Below, piece by piece: positions 15,053 through 27,489 of a DNA stretch of 51,988 nucleotides. Positions within the stretch are counted from its first letter, which is position 1. Each line of letters starts with the position of its first letter. Below the pieces are notes generated by a model that saw only the letters and a program-made list of their open reading frames with translations, made no database searches and had not been told where the DNA came from. A program made the position numbers and the translations under genes. The stretch covers positions 18,712,023 to 18,764,010 of the forward strand of contig NC_068982.1 of the NCBI RefSeq assembly GCF_001194135.2, given 5' to 3'. The stretch comes from Octopus bimaculoides. Taxonomy: Eukaryota.

Positions 15053-15060
15053 CTTCGCCG
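15053..15060 (-). CDS. Candidate 8-nt microexon CGGCGAAG (phase 0-2): RR(S)
   Basis: Acceptor tttgtcaattttcatatcacag, donor AAG|gtattc; supplies the phase change needed between the phase-0 donor at 15496 and the phase-2 acceptor at 14880. Confidence 0.5.
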
Positions 15061-15495
15061 CTGTGATATGAAAATTGACAAACCAAGATGTATATTAAAT
15101 TAAAGCGTTGCCCTTCAACACTAAGCTAAAAATATTCACAAGGTTATGGTCTGGATTCCCTTAGCATTATAAAAGGAAGACTCTTATAATGATGCATAAA
15201 TTACAAGACAACTTTAAAATAACAGAAGAGACAACGCTAGGAATAGTAACCTTGGGATGAGGATATACAAATTTTGCTATCACTAATGCCATGTTTGAAT
15301 TACGAATGTATATGCAAAAACAAATTGAAGGATAATCTTTTATATTTTGCAACAGAGTGAAAAAAGTTGATGGGGATTCCACGAAACTAGGTACCTCTAC
15401 GTAACATCATGGTTAAGTATAGGCAACTAAGGAGTTGCTCATATCCAGTTGACAAAACGCTTTATATTTCTGTTAAATGTCCCAATACAAAATAC

Positions 15496-15559
15496 CTGCT
15501 GCACCTGTTTGGTGTCAGATTCATTACATAGACCATAAAATAATTCCTTCAAAAATATT
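15496..15559 (-). CDS. Internal coding exon (64 nt, phase 2-0): IFLKELFYGLCNESDTKQVQQ; alternative upstream acceptor would give 15496-15597 (phase 0-0)
   Basis: Pyrimidine tract ttttcaactttattctcttttgccacatccaacgaaag, donor CAG|gtattt; only one frame is open. Confidence 0.6.
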
Positions 15560-15821
15560 CTTTCGTTGGATGTGGCAAAAGAGAATAAAGTTGAAAACTG
15601 GAAAAGTGGTACATTTCATACTATCCACCAAATCCTATTCAAAGAAGACTTTCAAACATACTCTACATGATATTACGGAGGAACATTTTATTCATGTTGT
15701 GAAGGGGGAGATTTAGAATCTCTACTAAAATTACAGGTACAACAGAATTTACAACATTCCATATTCGTTGAATGTTTTACCTTGTTTCATTCGCTGAAAA
15801 GAAGGAGCCCTCTGCACTTAC

Positions 15822-15850
15822 AACCTCCATTCACTACCATGAAGAGAAAC
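15822..15850 (-). CDS. Short coding exon (29 nt, phase 0-2): VSLHGSEWR(L)
   Basis: Acceptor tatcttttgttcag, donor gtaagt; requires the AAG acceptor at 15560-15561 in the next exon. Confidence 0.55.
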
Positions 15851-16397
15851 CTGAACAAAAGATATTCGTGCAAATATATTCTCTTAATCTGAAAAATGTG
15901 TAGCAACGTTTAAATATGTTCCAACTTTTGTGGTAACAACATTCTACGATAATCATACGATTGAAATACTACGGTTTCGGTGTCGGCGATGTTCAGATTA
16001 CATATTGGAATGCCATTTGCTTATGGAATTGTTGTTAGACCTCAACTGATACATTAGAGTAGTGTGACAGTCATGTTTTGTGTAATATGATGTACTTTCA
16101 AGCATTATATTATTAAACATAAAAGAACCCTTTTAAGCATTTTCTCTATTGAAACTACAACATTACACATTGTCAATAGTAATAATGAAGTCTTAACATC
16201 ATTTCCCTAAATAAATAATTCTGTTCAACTCTAACAAACAGCTACGTGGATATATATGCACTGTAATTAAACTGTATTACGTAATTTCCCACCCAACCAA
16301 ATCCCAAACTCAGTGTTGGTTAACCGTATTTAATGAGATTAAACTAAGGTTGAAGCAAAGATATCAATGCCGCTGACATTAGGTTTCCTAGTATATC

Positions 16398-16439
16398 ACT
16401 TTTCCATGGATACTTTTCCATGGATACTTTTCCATGGAT
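16398..16439. repeat. 14-bp tandem repeat x3 (acttttccatggat)
   Basis: Direct reading. Confidence 0.95.
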
Positions 16440-18094
16440 ATTTATACGTTTACTTTGGATAATTTGACGCTGGCAAGGACACCCTGGATAATTTTGTCGA
16501 TTTTTGCTGGTCAACTTCTTAGTTCTTTTTCTCTTGTATGGATGCTTTTATTAATACAGCCATTGCTTTATATTAGTGCAATATTAATGTTAGTATTGAC
16601 ACTGTCGGAGTTTGTGTTACGCGGCTAAATGTGGTTTGCTAATGTCAGATGTTGATGTTAATATTTCCGGCAACTTAAATTATAATTCGTTTTCAGGGCT
16701 TAATTTGTTGGTCGTGTTGCTTTCCCTGTCGGAATAATCACAAGTCATGGCAATTTCATGATTGTAATGAGCACAGCTATATTGTATTTAATCTGTCATA
16801 TTATGAAAATGAACTTATCATGACTTCTATGATTCAGTGTTTAATTTATTTTGGTAAGAATAAGTGAATCAAAATTTCATTCCGTCCACAGAAATTTGTA
16901 GTAACATAAACATTTACTTAGAAGTAACACTATCTATCATACACCTATTTATATATTGGTGATAATAAATTAACCTCCAAAGAGTATTGGAATCTTATAC
17001 ACACAGAAAGAGAGGGAGGGAGGGAGGTTTGGAGAGAGATATACGCATGCATCTATCTATTTATCTATGTGTGTATGTATATACATGCATACAACCTACA
17101 TACATATATGCTTAGATAATCAAAACGAAAATATCAAGTATTAGGACTACTACTACCTGCTAGCTGCTACCAAGACCTCACAAAAGTAAAAAAGAGAGAC
17201 CGAGACAGAGAGAAAAAAAATAAAAAAGAAAATGGCCCTTGCATTTGAAATCTATGGAAATATTAAAAAAACAAACAAACAAACATTTCATTTAATTTTT
17301 CCACAATTTAATTGTCTTTCATGCTTTACTCTAAGTTGAAAAAGTCGGAAAGACTGAAACCGGTACGAGAATGTTCTTCATGATAAAACTACATTAGNNN
17401 NNNNNNNATATATATATATATATATATAAAGAAATGCTCACACACACACACACACGTATGTATATGTATGTATTGTGTGCGGGTGTTTTTCAATGAAACA
17501 CTTGCGTGTATATTTTGGAATAGTGTATTCCTCTTGCTATATTCTACATTGAACACCACTTTTTTAATGCTATTTCTACATAGCATTGGAGATTCAGCTT
17601 TTTTTCTTTGAGGTCGCACTTCTATTTGGATGAAAGATGCAAAATTCTACCTAGTTTCTTTTTCTTTCTGACTCACATGCAGATTTTGGGATTCTTCTTA
17701 AAATATATCTTAATTCTCCGTTTTTGTTAAATAATTCATGGTATCTATAGATATTTGGCAAATGCTTGTAGATTAATATTAAAGAATATTTACAATATTT
17801 GTCACTGTATTTAGATTAACAGTGAAGTTGAGTCATATACATTATTCTTTTCTAATTTTGCTTCGCTTTTGACTCTTTCGCAGCGGATTTCCACTTTACT
17901 ATTGGATGACATATATGGCTTATTTGTAAAATGTCAACTGGCAGGAATTCTTGTTGTATGTTGCTAACGATAGTGAATTATCACAAGTCCTGTATTAATA
18001 ATACAGACAGTGCTTTGAGTAACTTTCTTATTGGCGTAGTTTTTATAACATTTTCGGTTGAGTGATGGGTTTAAAATATTGGGTTAAAATTTTG

Positions 18095-18270
18095 GCACAA
18101 GTTCAGCAATTTTGCGGGAGGAGGAAGGTCGATTACATCAACTACAGTGCACAACTGGTACTTATTTTATCGACTCCGAAACGATGAAAGGCAAAATCGA
18201 TCGAACAGACAGACGAAATGCCGCTAAACATTTTGTCCAGCATGGCAAAGGTTTTGCCAGATTGCCACTT
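18095..18270 (-). mobile_element. SINE family C fragment
   Basis: gtcgattacatc...aactggtacttattttatcgac...gatgaaaggcaaa...cagacgaaatgccgctaa. Confidence 0.7.
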
Positions 18271-18564
18271 TACTTAATTAACAAAATAGTATTCATAGAT
18301 TTCCGAGGTTTAAACACTTAATGTTTCATGGCTTTATTTTCTAAGCTCATTGTATTTTTGTTAATCATTTGGGATCATTGGAAGATCATCCCTATTGTTG
18401 TGACCGATTATGTTATAGCTGCATAAGGGCATATGTTTTCGTGTGTGCATTTTCCTGCTTTATCTATCACCTTTGTGCGTCAACGCAAGCGCACAATGCC
18501 ATGTTTACGCCGTACAAAACCATATATTCAAATGAATAGATTATTTAATTCATCTATTGCTTAC

Positions 18565-18638
18565 TGATTCGGGTAGAACTGCTCGTATTGTAAGCCGAGT
18601 ACGATAATCCTCATTTACAATGGATAACAAGAATTCAA
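18565..18638 (-). CDS. Internal coding exon (74 nt, phase 1-0): (L)EFLLSIVNEDYRTRLTIRAVLPES
   Basis: Acceptor aatcctctttag, donor gtaagc; open frame, phase fits neighbours. Confidence 0.7.
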
Positions 18639-18647
18639 CTAAAGAGG

Positions 18648-18717
18648 ATTAAGTACGACTTTTTACTTTCTGTCGTTCCGGTAAAGAATTAAGTACGACT
18701 TTTTACTTTCTGCCGTT
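18648..18717. repeat. Direct duplication with 40-bp period (attaagtacgactttttactttctgYcgtt)
   Basis: Direct reading. Confidence 0.9.
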
Positions 18718-19359
18718 GCAGCAATGACGTGTCTTTAGATATATAGTTCTTGTTACGTGGAGGATTATTGGTATTGCTGAAATTGAGTTTGTTATTGGGA
18801 GAATTCTCACTTGTTTCATTTTGCTTTTGATTATTAGGGAAACAAATAATCTGCGTGGAATTAAGTATAGCTGAAAGAGAAATGTTTATTGTGCTCTTAT
18901 TAAACAGTCCTTGTATTTGAGTTTTCGTTGAAAATGTTTTTTAATTAGCGTCAACAAAGTTTTTCCTAATCCTAATTATAGCTATATGTTGTATAAATCA
19001 AGTGACGCTTCATTCTCTGCTTTTCCCTTGTGTATTTTGTGTGTTTGTTGTGTAATTCTATCTTCGCAACCAATTCTGTGGAAGGTGTTGTTGTGATTTT
19101 GTGCGGCATCTGTATATATGACAGATATAATATGGAACATAGTATTGATAGATGGATTGTGGAAAAATATGATTTATATTTCAGTTCTAACATCATTTAA
19201 CGTGAAAAAGTAGCAGATGGTCTTTCTACGATTATCCCATTTAATGTGGCGTATATTTTTTGTTGGATGAAAACAATCCAAACTATATTTGTAGATATGT
19301 ACGCACGCACACATACACACACAAATATACGTCTTTGTGTATATGTATATGTATATGTG

Positions 19360-19393
<34 letters not shown>

Positions 19394-19954
19394 NNNNNNN
19401 NNNNNNNNNNNNNNNNNNNNNNNNNNNNNNNNNNNNNNNNNNNNNNNNNNNNNNNNNNNNNNNNNNNNNNNNNNNNNNNNNNNNNNNNNNNNNNNNNNNN
19501 NNNNNNNNNNNNNNNNNNNNNNNNNNNNNNNNNNNNNNNNNNNNNNNNNNNNNNNNNNNNNNNNNNNNNNNNNNNNNNNNNNNNNNNNNNNNNNNNNNNN
19601 NNNNNNNNNNNNNNNNNNNNNNNNNNNNNNNNNNNNNNNNNNNNNNNNNNNNNNNNNNNNNNNNNNNNNNNNNNNNNNNNNNNNNNNNNNNNNNNNNNNN
19701 NNNNNNNNNNNNNNNNNNNNNNNNNNNNNNNNNNNNNNNNNNNNNNNNNNNNNNNNNNNNNNNNNNNNNNNNNNNNNNNNNNNNNNNNNNNNNNNNNNNN
19801 NNNNNNNNNNNNNNNNNNNNNNNNNNNNNNNNNNNNNNNNNNNNNNNNNNNNNNNNNNNNNNNNNNNNNNNNNNNNNNNNNNNNNNNNNNNNNNNNNNNN
19901 NNNNNNNNNNNNNNNNNNNNNNNNNNNNNNNNNNNNNNNNNAGATAGAGAGGAA

Positions 19955-20410
19955 AACTGGTACTTATTTAATCGGCTCCAAAAGGATGAAAGCCAAAGTC
20001 GGCCTCGGCGGAATTTGAACTCAGAACGTAACGGCAGACGAAATACCGTTAAGCATTCGCCCGGCGTACTATGCTGTCTTACTTTATTGTCCACAAGGGG
20101 ATAAACATAGAGGGGAAAAGAAAGACAAAGAGATTAAGTCGATTACATCTATGCCAGTGCGTAACTGGTAATTAATTTAACGACCCCGGAAGGATGAAAG
20201 GCATAGTCGACCTCGGTAGAATTTGAACTCAGTACGTAACGGCAGACGAAATACCCCTAAGCATTTCGCCCGGCGTGCTAACGTTTCTTATTTTTTTGCT
20301 GCCCACAAGGGGCTACTCACAGAGGGGACAAACATGGACAGATAAATGGATTAAGTCGATTATATCGATTCCAGTGCGTATCTGGTACTTATTTAATCGA
20401 GCCGGAAAGG
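19955..20410 (-). mobile_element. Head-to-tail tandem of three partial SINE family C units (period about 208-217 bp)
   Basis: (a/t)ctggta anchor at 19956, 20164 and 20381; shared ggatgaaag...gaatttgaactcag...cagacgaaatacc...gcatttcgcccggcg. Confidence 0.8.
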
Positions 20411-22014
20411 AATGTCATAAAAGAGTTAGAACCAGCGGAGAGCTACAAATACCTATAAGTACTTGAACTGGACGGAATCAGTCATTCAGTGATGAGGGAA
20501 AGGATCAGAAGAGAATGTTATATGAGGGTGAGAGCAATACTTAAGACAGAGCTGAAGGCAAGAAGCAGAATCGAAGCAATCAATGCTTTAGCCATAGCAG
20601 TTGTGACTTACAGTTTCAATATCATTCACTGGCCATTTACTGAAATATGTAATCTTGAAAGAAAAAAATACGAAAACTGTTGACAATGCATAGAATTCAC
20701 CACCCTAAGGCAGATATAGAACGACTTCACCTGCCAAGAAAATAGGGATGCCGTGGACTTTTACAACTGGCATTAACAATGAAGATTGCCACAATTATCT
20801 TAAACACCTGTCTGAAAAACTCAGATGATCGGATGTTAAAACTTGTCTCAAAGCATGAAAACAAGAAAGCATCATACTTAGTAACAAAACAGGCAAAGGA
20901 ATATCTAAGTGAATTCTAAATACAACAAATTCCGGAATTAAACATACTAGAAACAAGCGCAGAAAAAGCTAAGCGCAAGAAAACCCGTGCTAAAACTGCT
21001 GCCTTAGATATTCTGATTAATAAATGGCAAGAAAAACCTCTCAAGTGCGAATACCCAAAGAGAGCGAATAATGCCGATGTTGATAGAACACTTACCCGTC
21101 TATGGCTAATGGCTAATGGCTAATGGCTAATGGCTTAAAATCGGAAACAGAAGGGTTTATCATAGCAGCTCAAGATCAATGCCTACAAGTAACTACCAGG
21201 CCAACATATTATTAAGAAACGGCAGCTTCTCAACATGTCGTGTATGCCAACAACAAAATGAAACCATTGATCATGTTGTCTCCATATGCAGTCTGCATGC
21301 GCCTACATAGTATCTCAGCAGGCATGATAGAGCTGCACAATATATTCACTAGGTAATTTGCAAAAATCTGGACTTTTCCCTATGATAAAACCTGGTGGGA
21401 ACACAAACCACCTCCAGTACTTGAAATTGATCACATCTCACTCCTCTGGAACTTCACCATTCAAACTGACAGAAAGATAGATGCAAATAGGCCCGACATT
21501 TTATTGAAAAACTTCAGACAAAAATCATGCCTCCTCATTGATATGAGTGTCCCAATTTATATAAACGTATCTGTGAATACCTACCAAAAACTGAGCAAGT
21601 ATAAAATCTTGAAATAGAAATTAGCAAAATGTGGAACCTGAATACTAAAGCAATACCTGTTGTCATAGGTGCCCCAGGAATGATAACAAAAGGGGCTGAT
21701 TGCTAACTAGCTCAGATATCAGGAAACCCCCAAATGGCTGATATTCAAAAGGTAGTGTTCGTGGGAACTGCCCATATCCTACGCAAAATACTATCTATGT
21801 AAACTCAAATTTTAAAGCAAACATAAATTTTCTTATGGTTTCTTAAACATTCTCTAGAACAACACTATGTACAAAACCAAATATATGGCAACCTAGGCAT
21901 AACACCTACATGAACTTCTAACTTGTCTCTTGAGGTTTCTGGGTGAGACTTGGAGCTAACTTATACAAATGTAAAGCAATAGTCGAACATAAAATAATAA
22001 TAATAATAATAATA
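20411..22014 (+). mobile_element. 5'-truncated, frameshifted R4/Dong-like non-LTR retrotransposon (RT C-terminus, CCHC knuckle, restriction-like endonuclease, 3' UTR, (AAT)n tail)
   Basis: Translations ESYKYL, INALAIAVVTYSFNII, HHPKADIERL, GLKSETEGFIIAAQDQ, CRVCQQQNETIDHVVSIC, RHD, LLWNFTIQTDRKIDANRPDI, IDMSVP, AIPVVIGAPG, GTAHILRKIL; ORF-end TAA at 21800-21802; stops and frameshifts throughout. Confidence 0.9.
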
Positions 22015-22462
22015 TTACAATTACGTAAAAACAAGAACTTTGAAATATAGGTCTCATAAATTTCGCACCTATGAATAACAACTCTAACTATGATAACTGG
22101 TTCTCTGGGTATAACAGCAAATTGCGTTCTTAAATTCTATGACCATATGGAAGGAAATCCTCAAACTACTTCATCCTTAACTAGAAAATACGTGATTCTA
22201 TTAGAAATTTTAAACTGAAATGTTACAAATTAACCATAATTTGTCTTCTCAGAGTCTGGTCTCCTTTCTCTAAACCATACCTCTGTTAGTCATGAATAAC
22301 AATGAAAATAAAGCATCTAGCTTCAGATTTGGAATAGTGTGTATAAAGCAAAGAAACAAGTTAAAGATCATTAACAATAATACTAATCTTAGAATTTATT
22401 ACCCAGAATGACTTGGAAAGTTATCGAAAGACGGAGTGTGAAAGGAAGCTGGGCACACTTAC

Positions 22463-22502
22463 GAGCACGGAGAATGTGTAGACTGAACATGGGTACGTGC
22501 CT
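22463..22502 (-). CDS. Internal coding exon (40 nt, phase 0-1): RHVPMFSLHILRA
   Basis: Acceptor aatttccatattttag, donor gtaagt; phase fits both neighbours. Confidence 0.7.
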
Positions 22503-23859
22503 CTAAAATATGGAAATTCTTGCTAAGAATTTTAAAGGTAGACACACAAAATAACACATCTATACACACACATACACATAAATGTATGTATGTATATGTG
22601 TATATATGGTGATGCACTTATTCACATATGTAATTGCATACGCGCACAATTGCTCGGAAGTATATTAATGAAAGAAATGAAGAAAGATGACTGGTTTGGT
22701 TGAGTTAGAGCACTCTACGACTCCGTTTACTTAATTATTTCCGTTGTGAGTAAATGCAACCAATTTCACCGTGAGACATTTTTTTTCAGATATATTGAGT
22801 ATGGTCTCTTTCATGTTTGGCATAATATGTATGTTGTCTATATTCTGTACCTAATTGCTTTTGAATCTACAAATCCTTCAGCGAGACATTAGCACCAGTG
22901 ATGCGTAATATTGTCTATTAACCGTTTGCTAGTTTGTCGAAAAAGAAAACAACAAAGTAACAAAAACAACAAAACCATAATATTAGTTCATCGTTGTTAT
23001 CAGTTTCTTTGTTATAAGTAGGAATTTCCATATCTCAAAGAACTTATATCTTCTCAACTCTTCCCTTTGTTTTAATTTACATTTTCGTTTGAAGTACTTC
23101 GCCGACCCTTTATGAATTTTCAGCTATATTGTTTTTTACACATCTCCTAAGGAAGGTCAGATACTGAACATTTTTACTTTAATAGGAAGCGGATTTTAGC
23201 TAATTTATTCTTTGATACTGCATCTAAAATGACTTCACTTTGCCATCCACCGAAAGTTGGCCAGTGGAGCACTTATTACTGGGTTACATTGCTGTTCTTG
23301 TTGTTATTGTAATTCTTCCTTACTTATTTTTCATTTTTCCTTATTATATGCATTTCAGCTCCTTCTAATCAAAAGTATATTTTACTAAACAAATGCAGAA
23401 ACTAGGCTTTCAGCGTTCTGTCAGTGATTTTATTATGTTATGCTCTTTGTCTCTATGCCTTGTACAAGGCACCGCATTTGTATAGCTCAGCGGGCTTGAA
23501 AATTCATTTTCAAACCCCCTCCATGCGCGAGAAGACAAAACCTTTCGTTGACATTTTATCTTACACCGATACAAATGTGATGACCAATCACGAATCTATG
23601 TCATTTCCAATATCATTGTAACTACTGTCACTCGCGTGTCTATTTCACCAATGAAGTGTGCCAAATTTATATATGTATGTATATATACTTGCACGTATGT
23701 GGCATAAACTTAACTCATGTTTGGCATTTTGTCCAGTTGTAAAGTTACATTTATCTTTCCCCGATAAAACCTGAATAAGTTTGCTGCAAAACTTCACCCG
23801 AAGGTTATTCAATCCACTCACGTGCTTTCGTTATCAAAGATACATATTTTTCTATTTAC

Positions 23860-24027
23860 CTTCTCTGGTTTAGATTCTAGATTCTTCCAGTTTTCTTGCT
23901 TTATTGTAACGATTGAATGAGTTCGTGCTTTCAGACCACTGATGTATGCACAAACCGCAGCAACTGACATCTCGACAGGGCTGCGTCTGCTCTTGTTGTT
24001 AATATATTCAGTGTCTTCAGGACTTAT
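23860..24027 (-). CDS. Internal coding exon (168 nt, phase 0-0): ISPEDTEY...LESKPEK
   Basis: Acceptor aaattcttcatag, donor GAG AAG|gtaaat; 56 open codons. Confidence 0.75.
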
Positions 24028-24464
24028 CTATGAAGAATTTGAGCATTTCATTTTTCAATAACCCCCTCACTTTCTTCATCTCCTTATAGTTATATATTGA
24101 GTTATATGATTTGTGGCATAGCTGTGTATGGTAAACATTTTGAATATGAAAACATTATATATATATATTTATATATACTACATTTATATATATATATNNN
24201 NNNNNNNNNNNNNNNNNNNNNNNNNNNNNNNNNNNNNNNNNNNNNNNNNNNNNNNNNNNNNNNNNNNNNNNNNNNNNNNNNNNNNNNNNNNNNNNNNNNN
24301 NNNNNNNNNNNNNNNNNNNNNNNNNNNNNNNNNNNNNNNNNNNNNNNNNNNNNNNNNNNNNNNNNNNNNNNNNNNNNNNNNNNNNNNNNNNNNNNNNNNN
24401 ATATATGCATATGTATATATTTATTCATACTACGTCAGTCAAAACTAGGAGAACCACAATAATG

Positions 24465-24532
<68 letters not shown>

Positions 24533-24559
24533 GTTGTGCAAAGGCAATGATAATGATAA

Positions 24560-24942
24560 TATTAGACAGAAAAACAAGAAAAGTGACGACAGAATCGGAG
24601 AAACTTTCAAAATATAAAGATCTGGAAATAGATGTAGCTTCAAAGTGGCGTTTAACACACAAGTAATTCCCATCATAGTAGGCGCATTAGGTATGATAAT
24701 AATCATTCAGACAAATACATAGCAAAAAAAAAAAGAAAAATACAGAAAACAGGACTTACAAGTATACATAACGTACAGAAAATATCACTGTTAGGCACCA
24801 CACAGATGATACATATAATACTTTCACTACAGTGAAAACAAGAGCAACATAACCAAGCACGGCACCACCCCACATCCCACAGAGCTACGCTCGATACTGC
24901 AATGAAAACACGTGAAAAAAATGAGAATACTGAATAATAATA

Positions 24943-24945
<3 letters not shown>
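24560..24945 (+). mobile_element. 3' remnant of a second RLE-type (R4/Dong-like) LINE family
   Basis: EKLSKYKDLEIDVASKW, VIPIIVGALGMI, GLTSIHNVQKISLLGTTQ; (AAT)n just upstream and AAT/GAT tail downstream. Confidence 0.75.
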
Positions 24946-24975
<30 letters not shown>

Positions 24976-27489
24976 TTGATGATGAATGAAAAGAGAAAAT
25001 TCTAGTTACTGGAAAGTTGTTTATCTGTTTAACGTCGGTTGTATTATATGCTTATATGGAACATGATTTCTGTATTATGTCTATTACGTTTAGGAAAAGA
25101 AAGCCTATATAAATAATGTTTATGCACAATGATGTATAAAACGAAGCATTCAAAGAAGTCTCAAAACTAATCAGCGATACAAAAATTTTAAGCATAGGGA
25201 CGAGCGATGTACTATAATATATACTGAACATTATACATACGTACATACATGCATACATACATACATACATACATACATACATACATACACATGTCAGTCT
25301 GGAAACGCTTAGATTTTCACAGAAAGAAATCAACCAGCTGATTCGCACATTGCAAATGCAATCTATCTGTAAGTGGAACAATAAACCTATGCAAGACTTT
25401 TCTCGGGTTTAAAATGTAGCATTACTGTTCTTATTTATATTCCAAAGGCGGTATATATTCAAACCTTTCATGTATATTCAGAAAGCAATCCCTTGATTCC
25501 GACATACATCTGACGATCGAAAGAGCCAGGAAAGCCCATTGAAACCAGGTTAAAATCGTGTGTGGACTGGCAGAATTATCATCATCATAATCAAGCCAGA
25601 AGTCTAGGAATTGTATGTCTTAACTGCATTTTATTCTCTTTTGAGCCTCGGATTATAAACTGTTGTCGCATTTAAGCCTTGGAAAAATTCTATCAAGCAT
25701 AATTTAAGAGGATATTAAAATTTAAACGGCAGTGTTTAACACCAGCTATTATTGACCTTCAGCGAGTGATGATATTAAGTAATGAGGTGCTCCTTACATG
25801 CAATCAGATGAATTGGGCTGGGAACTTTAATAGGATGTAGTATAGCACTTTATATAGGCAATTGTTTAACATTGATGGGCCAGAAGCTAATGAAATGTTT
25901 TATGAATGAAAAAAAAAATGTGAGTAGATGATGGAAAATCGATCGAGTAGGAAAGAAGTGGTCTATGATCGTTGTAAACTATTAAGCGAACAGTCAATGT
26001 TGAAGCAAGCACTTCGTAAACAGGGCTCTGGAAATGTTTGTAACATCTGCAGTTTTCCGACGCCGGATTTGCTCATCATATAAGGTATCATAACGACAAT
26101 TACTAATTGAAGAGATAGCTTTCGGTAAAGGAGTGGTAATAACCATATTATGCATTACTTATGAGAGAAGGCAATTACAGAAACAAAATGTTAGAAGTAT
26201 ATATTTATTATACAGTATTGTTAGATCAAGATACGCATGTCAAAACTGTCAGCTTGTGTTTCATCATGAATTTTTGATCATACATTTCCAGGCATAGTGA
26301 AAGAGAGAAGCGAATATACAACATCTGTACTGCGGAGAACTGTAGAAGGTATCTAAGGCAGATTTTAAACGTATTCCATATAACTGCTGGTGTTGTCATT
26401 TTGGCTGATTATACTGGAATGTTTCTGAGAAATTTCACATTGTGTAAACAAGACATTGCGTTATTCTAATTGAGTTCCTGACGTCAAATTATTATTTCTA
26501 TTATTGGTGTTATTTCTGTTGCTGCTTATACAAAATTTGCAATGAGCTGCAAGTTATGTAAAATCCTGATTACATGTTTAAATCTGTACTCTGCAGATTG
26601 GAAGGTGTATGTTTCGTGTATACTTCAGTTGAATGGACATTAGTATAGACACATAGATTTCTATATCTTTGGGAAGGTGAATCAGAATTTCAGTTCAATG
26701 ACAAATTCATGCTGGGCACTAAACGTTTATGATCGACTGCATATGTTTGAACAAAGATAAAAGTAATACTGAATGCATAAACACCGAGATTATAATTTAA
26801 AACAACATCAACTCTAAATGTTGTGAAGCATAACACACGGTGTAAAGTTAACAGAGTAAAGAACGGAGATCACAGAAAAACTGTAAACCTACCCACATCC
26901 AAGTGTTGATGTGCATGAAGGATAAATTTCATTTATTATACTAGAGCTGTTTTATGTCATCTGTGAATTATCTTTTAGGTACGAAATTTCTAGGCATACC
27001 ATCACATGGTTTAACAAGCCATGAGCATAAGTCGTGGATTGGCTAGGTCAGTTGCTTTCAATCTTGGCGGGTACGTGCTTTTGACGAGCCCCACAGAAAT
27101 AGTGAGACACCTGGTATCCATCATTCCCTAATGAGATTGAGGGTGAGGTTACTTCGCCTGTCCATGACTCTGATGTGATTTAAGACTCGGCTTTTGAGAG
27201 GTTATATTGCAGCCACTGCAAAATACACGAAAATGAAGTGTATGGAGTTAATAGACAATATCAATATTATTGAGACGTCTATTCAAATAGTGAGTGTCTG
27301 TTTAAAATATAATATTTACTATCAACGCAACATTTGTGGAAACAGAATTTCACCGACACTAAGATTATTTCATTGATAATGTTTAATTTGAGGTAGATCA
27401 TGTAATTCGTATATTGCTTGAACACAAATCTCGTATAGTAGCGAAAAAGTATGTGTGTGTGTGTATATGCATATATCTACATACATACA

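Noticed and set aside
16440-16800. Hydrophobic ORF 16434-16628 and possible LINE remnant
   Set aside because: No recognisable domain; ORF length is within chance for T-rich sequence.
23823-23859. Strong alternative donor gtgagt 38 nt downstream of the exon 23860-24027 donor
   Set aside because: Use would shift the frame to phase 2, which is incompatible with the next exon.
25282-25368. Possible exon on either strand (minus IDCICNV..., plus LETLRFSQKEINQL...)
   Set aside because: The gtaag/cttac signal is ambiguous between strands, and the minus-strand donor comes from a (GTAT)n microsatellite.
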